From NCBI GenBank assembly GCA_965223665.1, contig OZ245011.1:640001-704000 (forward strand): a DNA stretch of 64,000 nucleotides, written 5' to 3'. The first letter of the stretch is position 1. Each line of letters opens with the position of its first letter. Positions 40,028-50,933 of the stretch are shown here, in pieces. A program made the position numbers and the translations under genes. This DNA comes from Nitrospinaceae bacterium (GTDB lineage: Bacteria > Nitrospinota > Nitrospinia > Nitrospinales > Nitrospinaceae). Under the pieces are notes generated by a model. The model made no database searches. It was not told where the DNA came from and saw only the letters and a list, made by a program, of their open reading frames with translations.

Positions 40028-41579
40028 AATCAATTTAAAATTATTTCAGGATATGTTTTTTCCAGAGTTTCCCGCCAATCAATTAAGGAATTTGCTTAGC
40101 CAAAAGTTGAGTTTGAAATTGGAAAAGTTAAGGCTTCAAACTCTTTCCAATATTGATTTAATTCCTCAAAAAAATAACTTAAAATCGAAAACTTCTAATC
40201 TTCAAATTAATCAGTCTATCAAGACAAATTTAAAACCCATACAAAGTCTTAATAGCGGTATATTAAAAACTGATAGCAAATTTACAAACAGAAATTCGGA
40301 GGCTGGTCCTCTTCAAGTAAGCAATTTAAAAAATAATTCGGTTAATTCAGTAAATAATCCAAATGTAACTAAAAATAAACTTATCAATGAAAATAGGGAA
40401 TATGAAATTTCAAATAGAGATTATTATTCGAGTATAACTTCAAAAAATAAAACTCGTTTAGTACAAATCACAAAATTAACCGACAAACAGATGAGGCAAT
40501 TTGATTTTCCTTTAAAAGGGAATTTGGAAGGGCAAGTTTTAGAAACATTTAATAACAAATTATTGCCTGTAACCCTAAAAGGAAAAACCGTGGTTGCGGA
40601 AAATCCCCAAAATATTCAATTTAATATTGGCAAAAATATTTCTTTAAAAATTCAAAATGTTGGTACCCATTTTAAGTTTGTAGTATCCGAAAAAAATTCC
40701 CTGGATACTTATGGAATCCAGTCTGATGAAGTGAAAAATAATAATTACTTTGATAAATTAAATAAAGAAATAAGCATTATTAAAAATCAAATTTTGAACG
40801 TCACAAGCTCAAATAAGGACATCATTGAGTCTCAATTATTCGATAGAATACAAAAGATTCTTAATTTGTTTAAACCTAAGGATCCAATTTCTTTTAAAGC
40901 GGAAGCCATTCAAAAAGCCATTGCCCAATCAGGAATTAATTACGAAGCCAAAGTCAAAGAGCTTTTATTTGAAAATTCTAAAAATAAAATATTAGAAAAC
41001 GTTAAGAATGACTTAAAAGGTCAGTTGTTAGATCTTAAAAAAAAGATCCAAGTTTTAATTTCTAAAGAAACCATTCCTGAATCCACATTAGTAAAAATAA
41101 AAGAATTTCAAACTCAGGTCCGTCAGTCTATTCAGGGGATAGAACAACAACAATTAAACCAATTTGTAAGTAAACAAGAAAATCAATCATTCCTTCTACC
41201 ATTTGTAGATAATTTGATGGGAAAAGATGAAAAAATTAAAATATATTTCCGATCCGACCAACAAGAAGGAAAATCAGAAAAACAAAACCAAAAAGAATTT
41301 TCACTGATTTTTCTTTTAGAATTAACAAATCTTGGAAATCTACGAATTGATTCAAAAATAAAGAATGAACAAATTGATATTAAAATAACAGGAGAAGGTT
41401 TGGATATTGTTGAATTTATTAATTCTCAGATTTCGGAATTCACAGACCAAATGGAAAGTATTGGTTTTAATATTTCTGTATCAACCACCGTTCAAAATCA
41501 AATTGTATTAAATTTTCCAGAGAGTCACCAAGAAATAAAAATTAATGATATTAATCGTTTGATAGATATAAGGACATGA
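40017..41579 (+). CDS. FliK-like (hook-length control C-terminal domain) protein
   Basis: LELTNLGNLRID C-terminal motif, RLIDIRT end; coupled to FlhB-C-like gene. Confidence 0.65.
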   Translation: MWLKINLKLFQDMFFPEFPANQLRNLLSQKLSLKLEKLRLQTLSNIDLIPQKNNLKSKTSNLQINQSIKTNLKPIQSLNSGILKTDSKFTNRNSEAGPLQVSNLKNNSVNSVNNPNVTKNKLINENREYEISNRDYYSSITSKNKTRLVQITKLTDKQMRQFDFPLKGNLEGQVLETFNNKLLPVTLKGKTVVAENPQNIQFNIGKNISLKIQNVGTHFKFVVSEKNSLDTYGIQSDEVKNNNYFDKLNKEISIIKNQILNVTSSNKDIIESQLFDRIQKILNLFKPKDPISFKAEAIQKAIAQSGINYEAKVKELLFENSKNKILENVKNDLKGQLLDLKKKIQVLISKETIPESTLVKIKEFQTQVRQSIQGIEQQQLNQFVSKQENQSFLLPFVDNLMGKDEKIKIYFRSDQQEGKSEKQNQKEFSLIFLLELTNLGNLRIDSKIKNEQIDIKITGEGLDIVEFINSQISEFTDQMESIGFNISVSTTVQNQIVLNFPESHQEIKINDINRLIDIRT

Positions 41580-41878
41580 GTTTAATGCAGAAAAAACCAA
41601 AAGCTAAAACTGCAGTTTCTCTAAAATATAACCCTGAAAAAAATACTGCACCGAAAGTGACTGCAAAAGGGCAGGGATCTATTGCAGAAAAAATCATTTC
41701 CTTCGCAAAAGAAAATAATATTCCTATTAAAGAGGATCCTGATTTGGTTCAAGTTCTATCACAAGTGAATTTGAACCAAGAAATTCCCCCAGCGGTTTAC
41801 CAAGTTGTGGCCGAATTATTGGCTTTTGTTTATAAAATGAATCAAAATTATAAGCCAGCCATTTCCAAAGGAAAATAA
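41576..41878 (+). CDS. Stand-alone FlhB C-terminal-like (EscU/YscU family) switch protein
   Basis: AVSLKY, APKVTAKGQG, IPIKEDPDL, EIPPAVYQVVAELL. Confidence 0.9.
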   Translation: MSLMQKKPKAKTAVSLKYNPEKNTAPKVTAKGQGSIAEKIISFAKENNIPIKEDPDLVQVLSQVNLNQEIPPAVYQVVAELLAFVYKMNQNYKPAISKGK

Positions 41879-41927
41879 TTCCTTTTTTTTACTTTAATCC
41901 CTTAAAAAAACCAAAACTTGGAAAACC

Positions 41928-41956
41928 TTGACTGTATATATGGGGTTTGGTATTCT
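41928..41956 (+). promoter_or_regulatory. Putative sigma70 promoter of MltD-like gene
   Basis: TTGACT-17 nt-TATTCT with TGn extension. Confidence 0.55.
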
Positions 41957-42113
41957 TAAAAAAAACAATTAGTTATAAACATTTATAGAATGATATAATT
42001 ATTTAAATTTGCCAGACCCTACTTTGAAACTGTCTGGTATCCTTTTCGAATTCCAGCTTTCCCAACGCTCAAAATTAATATTGGAAAGCTTTTCATGATG
42101 GAAGTAACTAGGT

Positions 42114-44330
42114 TTGGCAAAACTTTATAAAATCTGCTTGGTTAAATTAATCTTACTGCTTGGGCTTTTCGTTTCTCCTGTTTTTGCTTCTTTTCCCGGG
42201 AACCTCCAAGAAAATGAGCAATATCATTTTAAAATTCCACCTGGTTTAGGTCCACAAGTTGAGTTTTGGAAGAAAATTTATACCCAATATTCAACCCATC
42301 ATGCAGTAATTCATGATATGCAAAACCTCAATGTTATATATGAGGTGGTTTATCTTGGCAAAAGAGTTCTTTCCTCAAGAGCTAGAAATCGTAAGGTTTA
42401 TCCATATATCCAAAAGTATAAAAAAATCTTAAAAAAGATTTCCCGGACAAAAAACAAATCCAAACTAAGTAAGGAAGAAAAAAGGGTTGCTAAGTTAGTG
42501 GGTTCTAATTTTCGAAGAGCCTCACGAAATATTCGTATTCAATTGGGGCAAATGGATCGTTTTAAACGGGGTTTGAAATTATCAGGAAGATACATGGAAA
42601 GTATTCGAAAAGTATTTCGAGAAGTTGGTGTTCCTGAAGAATTGACTGCTCTTCCCCATGTAGAGTCCTCTTTTCAATTAGGAGCCTATTCCAGTGCTGG
42701 AGCAGCCGGAATTTGGCAATTTACACGAAGTACGGGACGCTTATTTTTAAAGGTGGGTTATACAGTTGATGAACGGTTAGACCCTATTTTATCTGCCTAT
42801 GCTGCCGCAAAATTATTAAAATCTAATTATAAGCAAGTTAAAAGCTGGCCTTTAGCCGTTACCGCTTATAACCACGGAATTAATGGAATGAAGCGGGCTA
42901 AAAGAAAATATGGAGATAATATAGGTAAAATAGTTCGTCATTATCGGAGCAGAACATTTGGATTTGCGTCAAGAAATTTTTATGCTGAGTTTTTAGCAGC
43001 ATTACAAGTATCCTCTAATCCTCTCAAGTATTTTCCTAAATTGCGGTTGGATCCTCCATTAAGATTGGCAAAAGTTCGTCTGAAGGACTATATGGATGTG
43101 GCCACTCTAATGCAATTTCTTGGAATGTCTCGAAAAGAAATTTCAACTTACAATCCATCCCTAAGAAAACCAGTAGTGTATGGGAAAAAAAGAATACCAA
43201 AGGGATTTATTTTTCAAGCTCCGGCTGACAGATTTCCAAATATTTCTTCATTATATGCAAGTATCCCTGGAAACTTTAAACATAAAAAGCAAGTAAGGTC
43301 TCGTTGGTATACGGTTCAACGGGGGGATACACTTTCTAGAATTGCGCGCCGCTCAGGTACCACAGTTAGGAAAATTAAATACCTAAATCATATTGGGCGA
43401 AAAAACAGGATTTACCGAGGTCAGGTTTTAGAAATGCCGGGCTGGAGTAAATCTAAAGCCAAAGTTGTCAAAGCGAAAGTTAAAAAACAAAAAATTGAAA
43501 AGTATAAAATTTCAGAGGATGGAACAATCCAATATAGAGTTCGTAGACATGACAATCTTACAAAAATTTCTAGAAAGTTTGATGTTCCGGTTAGTGTGTT
43601 AACCCATTTCAATCAAATGAATAATCCCAATAGTTTAGTCCCAGGGGATTATGTAAAAATACCTAAGCAAGTACAAAGTCTTGTCGCAAAAAATTCTAGC
43701 TCAAAAAATGCTAATAATATTCAATTAGCTAAACTTGAAACTCCTGGAGAAAATAACAAAAGAACAGCCACTAAAAAAGTAGTCAAGACACCACCGGCAA
43801 AAAATGGTAAAAATGAAATTACAATTACCTATTCTAATACCGTTCATGACCCACAATTTTTTAATAAAAATCGACCGGCCTTTACTCCTGTAAAAGTTTT
43901 TAACAAAAAGAAATATAAATATCCCTTAGGAATTATTAAGGTTGATTTTGATGAAACCCTTAGTCATATAGCCGATTGGGCTAGAATTTCTGTAAGAGAA
44001 TTAAGACGTCTTAACAAACTACGTCGAAGAAGTTCTATTCGCATGAACCAGACTATTAAGGTTCCCTTCCGTCGTGTTTCCGCTGAAGACTTTGATGAAA
44101 AACGGCAAGAATATCATAAAGCGATTCAAGAAGATTTCTACAATAATTACCGGGTTGAAAAAGTGGTAATCAGAAATTTAAAAAAAGGCGAAACTTTGTG
44201 GGAAATTTGTAACAAGCAAGATGTGATTCCTTTATGGTTATTAGGAAATTATAATCCAGAAAAAAACCTTCATGCATTGACTGTGGGAGAATCAATTGTA
44301 ATTCCCGTTATCGCAGATATTAAAGCCTAA
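42114..44330 (+). CDS. MltD-like lytic transglycosylase with LysM repeats
   Basis: HVESSF, AAGIWQF, TAYNHG; LysM repeats YTVQRGDTL, YRVRRHDNL. Confidence 0.9.
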   Translation: MAKLYKICLVKLILLLGLFVSPVFASFPGNLQENEQYHFKIPPGLGPQVEFWKKIYTQYSTHHAVIHDMQNLNVIYEVVYLGKRVLSSRARNRKVYPYIQKYKKILKKISRTKNKSKLSKEEKRVAKLVGSNFRRASRNIRIQLGQMDRFKRGLKLSGRYMESIRKVFREVGVPEELTALPHVESSFQLGAYSSAGAAGIWQFTRSTGRLFLKVGYTVDERLDPILSAYAAAKLLKSNYKQVKSWPLAVTAYNHGINGMKRAKRKYGDNIGKIVRHYRSRTFGFASRNFYAEFLAALQVSSNPLKYFPKLRLDPPLRLAKVRLKDYMDVATLMQFLGMSRKEISTYNPSLRKPVVYGKKRIPKGFIFQAPADRFPNISSLYASIPGNFKHKKQVRSRWYTVQRGDTLSRIARRSGTTVRKIKYLNHIGRKNRIYRGQVLEMPGWSKSKAKVVKAKVKKQKIEKYKISEDGTIQYRVRRHDNLTKISRKFDVPVSVLTHFNQMNNPNSLVPGDYVKIPKQVQSLVAKNSSSKNANNIQLAKLETPGENNKRTATKKVVKTPPAKNGKNEITITYSNTVHDPQFFNKNRPAFTPVKVFNKKKYKYPLGIIKVDFDETLSHIADWARISVRELRRLNKLRRRSSIRMNQTIKVPFRRVSAEDFDEKRQEYHKAIQEDFYNNYRVEKVVIRNLKKGETLWEICNKQDVIPLWLLGNYNPEKNLHALTVGESIVIPVIADIKA

Positions 44331-45103
44331 TCAAACTTCTCGAAATATTTTAAAGCTGTTTCAATTGCCATTAATTGGGCCTCAACTCGCTTCTCCATTG
44401 AAAAATGAGTTGAAGATTCCAATGTGAAAACCCCGGCACAATTTTGCATATGGCTAAAAATAGCCATTGGCCACCATTCCATATTTTCAGGTTCAACTTT
44501 GGGTGTAATAATTCCCTTTAAAGCATCTGATTCATCAATTGAGGAATCATTATTGATAGGCATAATTTGCTTTACGTTATTTATTATTTCTTTACCCAGA
44601 GGAAGCAGACGGGGTTCATTTGGCTTTTGATATAAATAGTAACCTGGAGAATCTACATCTTCATGGAGTTCGATATCCAAATTCAGCGAATCGCTAACTA
44701 TTTTTTGAACAAATTTGACTTCTTTGGGAGGATTACTTTTTTTAAAACATCGATTTAAATCAAAGTTTTCAAAATTTTCTCTTTTATTAAATTCATATCC
44801 GAATGGATTGATACATGGAATGATGTTGAAAGTCCAGTTTGATAAAAAAGGATTATAAAGCTTTCTTTCTATAAACTGTATAATGGTTTCAATTCCCCCT
44901 GGCTCATCTCCATGAATTCCAGCTGAAATTAATATTTTTTTTGGTCCGCTGAGACCAATATTTATATGGTGAATTGGGTACGTTTTATTGGGAGTTTCTA
45001 AGTGTAAGATGTTTTTTATTTCTGCTTCAGGTGGAAGGATCTTAAGAATACGATCTACAATTAACTTATAATTTCTAGTTTCTGACAAACTATTTTTCAT
45101 CAT
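44327..45103 (-). CDS. M14 family zinc carboxypeptidase/deacylase
   Basis: AGIHGDE, NPFG, DLNR, ELHED. Confidence 0.85.
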   Translation of the reverse strand: MMKNSLSETRNYKLIVDRILKILPPEAEIKNILHLETPNKTYPIHHINIGLSGPKKILISAGIHGDEPGGIETIIQFIERKLYNPFLSNWTFNIIPCINPFGYEFNKRENFENFDLNRCFKKSNPPKEVKFVQKIVSDSLNLDIELHEDVDSPGYYLYQKPNEPRLLPLGKEIINNVKQIMPINNDSSIDESDALKGIITPKVEPENMEWWPMAIFSHMQNCAGVFTLESSTHFSMEKRVEAQLMAIETALKYFEKFD

Positions 45104-45742
45104 TTAACCTAAGAATTTCTTTTCAGAGAATTCGCATTCTTTAGAAATAACACAATGAGAACAATCAAAATTTTTGGCTTTACAAACATACCTCCCGTGC
45201 AAAATCAAATAGTGGTGTGCTTTTTGTTTCCATTTTTTTGGTACTCGTTTTAACAACAAGTTTTCTGTTTCCTCAACGGATTTTCCAGGGGCTAAACCTG
45301 TACGATTGGAAAGTCGAAAAACATGAGTATCTACAGCGATTGTTGGATGGCCAAAAGCTTCATTTAAAACCACATTGGCTGTTTTTCTTCCTACGCCCGG
45401 TAATTCTTCTAATTTTTCTCTAGTGTCTGGTATTTGCCCCTCATATTTCTCAGATAAAATCTTACAAGTGTTAATAATATTTTTTGCTTTGGTAGGAGCT
45501 AAACCGATAGTTTTAATCTCATTTTTTAACTCAATTTCACCACATTTAATAAAATCTTCAGGAGTAGAATATTTATTAAATAAAGTTTTAGTTACCTTGT
45601 TTACCGATTTATCTGTTGCTTGAGCGCTTAAGATTACAGATATTAACAATTCAAAACTGTTTCTATAACTGAGCTCAGATTTGGCATTTGGCATGCTTTT
45701 ACTCAGTTTTTCAAACAGGCGGTTTATTATTTTGGGGGTCAA
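45104..45742 (-). CDS. nth: Endonuclease III
   Basis: LSAQATD, LPGVGRKTANV, VDTHV, Cx6Cx2Cx5C. Confidence 0.96.
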   Translation of the reverse strand: MTPKIINRLFEKLSKSMPNAKSELSYRNSFELLISVILSAQATDKSVNKVTKTLFNKYSTPEDFIKCGEIELKNEIKTIGLAPTKAKNIINTCKILSEKYEGQIPDTREKLEELPGVGRKTANVVLNEAFGHPTIAVDTHVFRLSNRTGLAPGKSVEETENLLLKRVPKKWKQKAHHYLILHGRYVCKAKNFDCSHCVISKECEFSEKKFLG

Positions 45743-45792
45743 TGTTAATCCATTGATTGGGAAGGATAATAAAGTAGTTTCAATTCTAAGAA

Positions 45793-46551
45793 TTAATTTG
45801 CGTTTTTAGCACAACGAACACCAACCAAAAATGTTTCTGTGCCATCTTGCATTCCTTGGTAACGAATAGCAGCGCGAATAAAATTTTTATCGTCTATCCA
45901 GGAACCTCCTCGGATTACTCTAAAACTTAATCGCTTTTGAGGTCCTTTAGGATTTTGGGTGGGGCTTTCTTTATAGTAACTTTCAGAAAACCAGTCCTCA
46001 ACCCATTCCCAAACACTTCCCATCATATCGTGTATTCCCCATGCGTTTGGTTTTCTTGTTCCCGGTGGATGTGGTTTTCTAGCTGAGTTCCTTTCATACC
46101 AAACATAATCTCCATTCACTCCATCCCCCCAAGAATTTTCCTTAGTACTTCCCGCGCGGGCGGCATATTCCCATTCAGCTTCAAAAGGTAGGCGCTTTCC
46201 TTGTTTTTTACAAAAGTTCCTTGCGTCTTCCCATTTAACATGATCCACAGCCAAGTTAGGACTTATATGCAAGGATGGATTAAATTGCATTACTTTTTGG
46301 AATTTTTCCTGATTGGCCTCATATTTATCCAAATAAAATGCATCCAGACAAACTTTATGAACGGGCCGTTCTCTATAATTTTTTCGACCCTCCTCATAAT
46401 CGAAAATGTTGTTAGATCCCATCATAAAGCAGCCTTCGGGAACTAACACCATTCCCTCGGGAGGAGAATCAGCACTTGAAATTAAGGGAAATCCCATAAA
46501 GAAAAGAAAAATATAAACGATAAGAAAGTATGTGTTTTTCATGGGGTCCAT
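45793..46551 (-). CDS. Exported FGE-sulfatase (SUMF1) domain protein
   Basis: FMMGS, RLPFEAEWEYAAR, DMMGSVWEW, RGGSW. Confidence 0.9.
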   Translation of the reverse strand: MDPMKNTYFLIVYIFLFFMGFPLISSADSPPEGMVLVPEGCFMMGSNNIFDYEEGRKNYRERPVHKVCLDAFYLDKYEANQEKFQKVMQFNPSLHISPNLAVDHVKWEDARNFCKKQGKRLPFEAEWEYAARAGSTKENSWGDGVNGDYVWYERNSARKPHPPGTRKPNAWGIHDMMGSVWEWVEDWFSESYYKESPTQNPKGPQKRLSFRVIRGGSWIDDKNFIRAAIRYQGMQDGTETFLVGVRCAKNAN

Positions 46552-46666
46552 TTTACTTGGGCCTTAATAAAAGTTCAAGCAAACTCCCATTATGGAATCA
46601 GAAAAAATCCACTTTTTCTGACTCCACAAGGACAACAATTTTCCTGTTAAATATTTGAGGTAGAAT

Positions 46667-47683
46667 ATGAAGAAAATTTTAATTTTTACTTTACTAATCC
46701 AAATTTTAGTGAGTTTGGATTGCCAAGCGAATTACAGGAAAAAGATCATCACCTATCCTTTAAAAAATATCTCTGACTGGGTGGGGACTTACGAGCCAGG
46801 AACGATATTGGCTCAGTTAATTGAAGCTGAATTAAGAAATAATTACTCTTTTAGTTTTAATTTGATTCAATTGGATCTTTCACAAGAACGCCCTGATTTG
46901 AACAAAATTAAAACTCCGGCACAGTTTATCATTACAGGTAAAATTTTAAAATATCAGCCTGCCATACCGCTCCGACTCGAAAATACTCCGTTGGGAGAAA
47001 ACTTAGGCCAATTTGCACACGCAATAATAGAAATTGAATTGTTACACGGAATTACTCGACGGGTCCTTTGGAAAAATATTTTTCAGGATAAAACTGAAGC
47101 GGGAAACATTACAATCGGATCTTCAAAAAATACTTTGTTGTTGGAACATCCAGATTTTTTAAAAACAGGCATGGGGCAATTATTAACCAAACTTTCTAAA
47201 AAAATAATTCCTAAACTTGAAGAAGTTATTAGAAATATTCCATTCCAGGGTCAAATAGTTGGTGTTCAAAAGAAAAATGAAGAAGTCGTTTTAAATATAG
47301 GTTGGATAAATGGAGTGGAAATCCGGGATGATTTCATTGTTTTTGGTATGGAAAAAAAATACAAAGATTCCATTTATAAATCCGATTTAGGTGATCGGTT
47401 TCAACAGTTAGGTGTTGTCCGAGTTAAAACAGTGCATGAAGGATTTTCAGAAGCAGTAATTTTAGCGGGATCGGATTTTTCTAAGGGAAACTTAATTCAG
47501 GCCAAAGTATTTAAACCATATATTCAACCACAAGATGAAAATAAAAAACCAACCCAAAATGACTTTATTCCAAGGGTTAAAAAACCAACTAAACCTTTTT
47601 CCAAAAAGACCAGGGGTGATAAAAAGCAATCTTTCAGCAAATTCAATTTTTTTGACCTATTAGGTTGGGATATTCAATATTAG
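46667..47683 (+). CDS. Exported protein, CsgG/FlgT-like architecture
   Basis: Signal peptide; PFQGQIV and VVLNIGWING C-terminal beta-domain pattern. Confidence 0.5.
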   Translation: MKKILIFTLLIQILVSLDCQANYRKKIITYPLKNISDWVGTYEPGTILAQLIEAELRNNYSFSFNLIQLDLSQERPDLNKIKTPAQFIITGKILKYQPAIPLRLENTPLGENLGQFAHAIIEIELLHGITRRVLWKNIFQDKTEAGNITIGSSKNTLLLEHPDFLKTGMGQLLTKLSKKIIPKLEEVIRNIPFQGQIVGVQKKNEEVVLNIGWINGVEIRDDFIVFGMEKKYKDSIYKSDLGDRFQQLGVVRVKTVHEGFSEAVILAGSDFSKGNLIQAKVFKPYIQPQDENKKPTQNDFIPRVKKPTKPFSKKTRGDKKQSFSKFNFFDLLGWDIQY

Positions 47684-47684
47684 T

Positions 47685-50600
47685 TTAATTCTTGTTGAGT
47701 TTTTGAAATTCTTGTAATGAAGTAATACCTAGTTCAGCTGACTTTAAAGCCTTTAGAGCTCCAACTAAAGCATGAGCTCCTGAAATGGTTGTGCAGTACG
47801 GTAAGTTTCTGGTGAGAGAAGATCGACGTAATGAAAAAGAATCCTTTATAGCCTGCTTTCCAAATGTAGTATTAATCACAAATTCAACTTTACCTCCTTC
47901 TATTGCTTCAACAATATGTGGAGATCCATCTTTAACTTTGTTAATTGCAACTACGGTTAGCAATCCATTATTCATTAAAAACTTTGCAGTTCCTTCGGTT
48001 GCTAAAATTGAATAACCCAGTTTGTCTAATTGTTTGGCAATTTCCAGGACGGCTGATTTATCAGTATCCTTTACGCTAACAAAAACCGTACCCTCCAAGG
48101 GTAAATCAATACCTGTGGCAATTTGGGATTTCGCAAATGCTTTTCCAAATGTGTCATCGATTCCCATTACTTCTCCGGTAGATTTCATTTCCGGCCCCAA
48201 TAAGACATCCACATTTGAAAACTTTATAAATGGAAAAACAGACTCTTTTACAGCAACATGTGAAGGAATAACTTCCTCTGTAAAACCTAGGTCGGCTAAA
48301 GATTTACCGGCCATAACTCGTGCGGCGATTTTAGCTAAAGGTACTCCAATCGCTTTACTTACAAAAGGAATGGTTCTTGAAGCTCGAGGATTAACTTCAA
48401 GAACAAAAATTTGGTCATCTTTAACAGCAAATTGAATATTCATTAATCCTATTACATTTAATTCTTTAGCCAGGGCAATGGCTTGGCGTTTTATTTCTTT
48501 AATTGTACTGGAAGGTATAGAATAGGGAGGCAATGAACAAGCGCTGTCTCCTGAATGAATACCTGCTTCTTCTATATGTTCCATGACACCGCCAATTACG
48601 ACCTGTTGTCCATCTGAAACTGCATCCAAGTCAACCTCAATGGCATTTTCTAAAAAGCTGTCAATTAAAATTGGATGTTCAGGAGAAGCTTTAACAGCAT
48701 GATGCATATAATGATCTAGGCTTTTTTCATCATAAACAATCTCCATGGCTCTACCACCCAATACATAGGAGGGACGGACCACAACTGGATAACCTATTTT
48801 TGAAGCTATATTTTCTGCCTCTTCAAAAGAAACTGCGATTCCATTATCAGGTTGTTTTAATTCTAATTTTTCCAATACTTCTTTAAATCTTTTCCTATCT
48901 TCTGCTCGATCAATATTATCTGGATGAGTACCAATAATTGGAATACCAGCTTTGGAAAGGGCTAACGCTAGACGAAGGGGAGTTTGGCCTCCGAATTGAA
49001 CAATGACTCCATCTGGTTTTTCCACGCGAGCGATATGTAAAACATCTTCCAATGTAAGTGGCTCGAAATACAATCGGTCGGATGTGTCATAATCGGTGCT
49101 TACAGTTTCAGGATTACAATTTACCATGATAGTTTCAAATCCATCTTCTTTTAGGGCGAATGAAGCATGCACGCAACAGTAATCAAATTCGATCCCTTGA
49201 CCTATACGGTTGGGTCCTCCACCAAGAATCATTATTTTTTTCTTATTAGAAGGGTTTGATTCGCATTCATTTTCATAAGTCGAATATAAGTAAGGGGTAT
49301 GTGCTTCAAACTCTCCACCACAAGTGTCTACACGCTTGTACACAGGGTAAAGATCAAGTTGATCCCGTTTTTGATAAATTTCATTTTGGGAACAATCCAA
49401 CAGCTTACTTAAAAACAAATCAGAGTATCCATATTGCTTTGCTTTTCTTAATTGATTTTCGGGTAAATTTTCAATCGTTTTATAAGATTTAATTTCTTTT
49501 TCCAGATCTATTATTTCTTTTAGATTGGAAAGAAACCACGGATCAATTCCGGTAATTTGATTAATTTCTTCAAGAGTGACGTTTCTTCTAATTGCTGCAG
49601 CCACATGCCATAATCTATCCCAGTGCGGTAGTTTTAGTATTTCTTTGAGCTTGCTTTGATCGGTTTCGTGGAGATGCTGGATATCTTGCCCCTCTACAAA
49701 GTTTTCATTTAAACCCGAGATTCCAATTTCCAAGGAACGGAGGGATTTTTCTAAAGCTTCCTTAAAGGTTCTGCCGATAGACATAACCTCACCTACAGAT
49801 TTCATTTGGGTTCCTAAAAGTGGAGGGGTTTTGAAAAATTTTTCAAATGTAAATCTGGGAATTTTTACAACACAATAATCTAGAGTAGGTTCAAATGATG
49901 CAGGAGTCTCGCGGGTAATGTCATTAGGTATTTCATCTAAGGTATAACCCACCGCTAATTTAGCAGCAATTTTTGCAATTGGAAACCCGGTCGCTTTTGA
50001 TGCTAAAGCAGAACTCCTGGAAACTCGGGGATTCATTTCAATAACAATCATTTCTCCATTAAGGGGATTTACAGCAAACTGAATATTGGAACCACCTGTT
50101 TCTACACCAATCTCTCGAATGATATCAATTGCCGCAGTTCGCATAATTTGAAATTCTTTATCAGTTAATGTTTGAGCAGGAGCAACCGTAATACTGTCTC
50201 CTGTATGAATTCCCATGGGATCAAAATTCTCAATAGAACAGACGATAACTACATTGTCATTTTTGTCACGCATGACTTCTAATTCATACTCTTTCCACCC
50301 AATTAAAGATTTTTCAATTAGTACTGTATTAGTTGGGCTGGCACTTAATCCCCAATTAACCACTGATTCAAATTCCTCTTTGTTGTATGCAATTCCACCT
50401 CCAGTTCCTCCCAGGGTAAATGAAGGTCTTATAATAGAAGGAAAACCCATCTCATTTACAATTTCTAAAGCCTGATCCAGTGTGGAGGCAAATCCACTGG
50501 GAGCGACTTTTAAGCCAATGGATTCCATTGCCTTCTTAAACAAATCCCTGTCTTCTGCCTTATGAATGGTTTCAGCATCTGCACCAATCATTTCCACACC

Positions 50601-50933
50601 GTGTTGTTGTAGAATTCCCTGCTCTGCTACTGCGAGGGCTGTATTCAGACCAGTTTGACCACCCATGGTAGGTAAAATTGCGTCAGGTTTATCTTTTTCG
50701 ATTATTTTTTGGACCACTTCAGGGGTTACTGGCTCTATATATGTGCTGTTGGCAAAGTCCATATCGGTCATTATGGTAGCGGGATTGCTGTTTAACAAAA
50801 CCACTTCATAACCTTCCTCCCGTAGAGCCTTACAGGCCTGTGTTCCGGAATAATCAAATTCACAAGCCTGGCCAATTATTATGGGGCCAGCGCCAATAAT
50901 AAGTATTTTTTGTAAATCAGTTCGTTTAGGCAT
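47685..50933 (-). CDS. carB: Carbamoyl-phosphate synthase large subunit
   Basis: [41 protein letters not shown] domain. Confidence 0.99.
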   Translation of the reverse strand: MPKRTDLQKILIIGAGPIIIGQACEFDYSGTQACKALREEGYEVVLLNSNPATIMTDMDFANSTYIEPVTPEVVQKIIEKDKPDAILPTMGGQTGLNTALAVAEQGILQQHGVEMIGADAETIHKAEDRDLFKKAMESIGLKVAPSGFASTLDQALEIVNEMGFPSIIRPSFTLGGTGGGIAYNKEEFESVVNWGLSASPTNTVLIEKSLIGWKEYELEVMRDKNDNVVIVCSIENFDPMGIHTGDSITVAPAQTLTDKEFQIMRTAAIDIIREIGVETGGSNIQFAVNPLNGEMIVIEMNPRVSRSSALASKATGFPIAKIAAKLAVGYTLDEIPNDITRETPASFEPTLDYCVVKIPRFTFEKFFKTPPLLGTQMKSVGEVMSIGRTFKEALEKSLRSLEIGISGLNENFVEGQDIQHLHETDQSKLKEILKLPHWDRLWHVAAAIRRNVTLEEINQITGIDPWFLSNLKEIIDLEKEIKSYKTIENLPENQLRKAKQYGYSDLFLSKLLDCSQNEIYQKRDQLDLYPVYKRVDTCGGEFEAHTPYLYSTYENECESNPSNKKKIMILGGGPNRIGQGIEFDYCCVHASFALKEDGFETIMVNCNPETVSTDYDTSDRLYFEPLTLEDVLHIARVEKPDGVIVQFGGQTPLRLALALSKAGIPIIGTHPDNIDRAEDRKRFKEVLEKLELKQPDNGIAVSFEEAENIASKIGYPVVVRPSYVLGGRAMEIVYDEKSLDHYMHHAVKASPEHPILIDSFLENAIEVDLDAVSDGQQVVIGGVMEHIEEAGIHSGDSACSLPPYSIPSSTIKEIKRQAIALAKELNVIGLMNIQFAVKDDQIFVLEVNPRASRTIPFVSKAIGVPLAKIAARVMAGKSLADLGFTEEVIPSHVAVKESVFPFIKFSNVDVLLGPEMKSTGEVMGIDDTFGKAFAKSQIATGIDLPLEGTVFVSVKDTDKSAVLEIAKQLDKLGYSILATEGTAKFLMNNGLLTVVAINKVKDGSPHIVEAIEGGKVEFVINTTFGKQAIKDSFSLRRSSLTRNLPYCTTISGAHALVGALKALKSAELGITSLQEFQKLNKN

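Noticed and set aside
41867-41890. Terminator after the FlhB-C-like gene
   Set aside because: AT-rich stem with only two GC pairs; too weak to call
41931-41947. LexA-like CTGTATATAT
   Set aside because: Half-site only, with no closing CAG; better explained as promoter spacer
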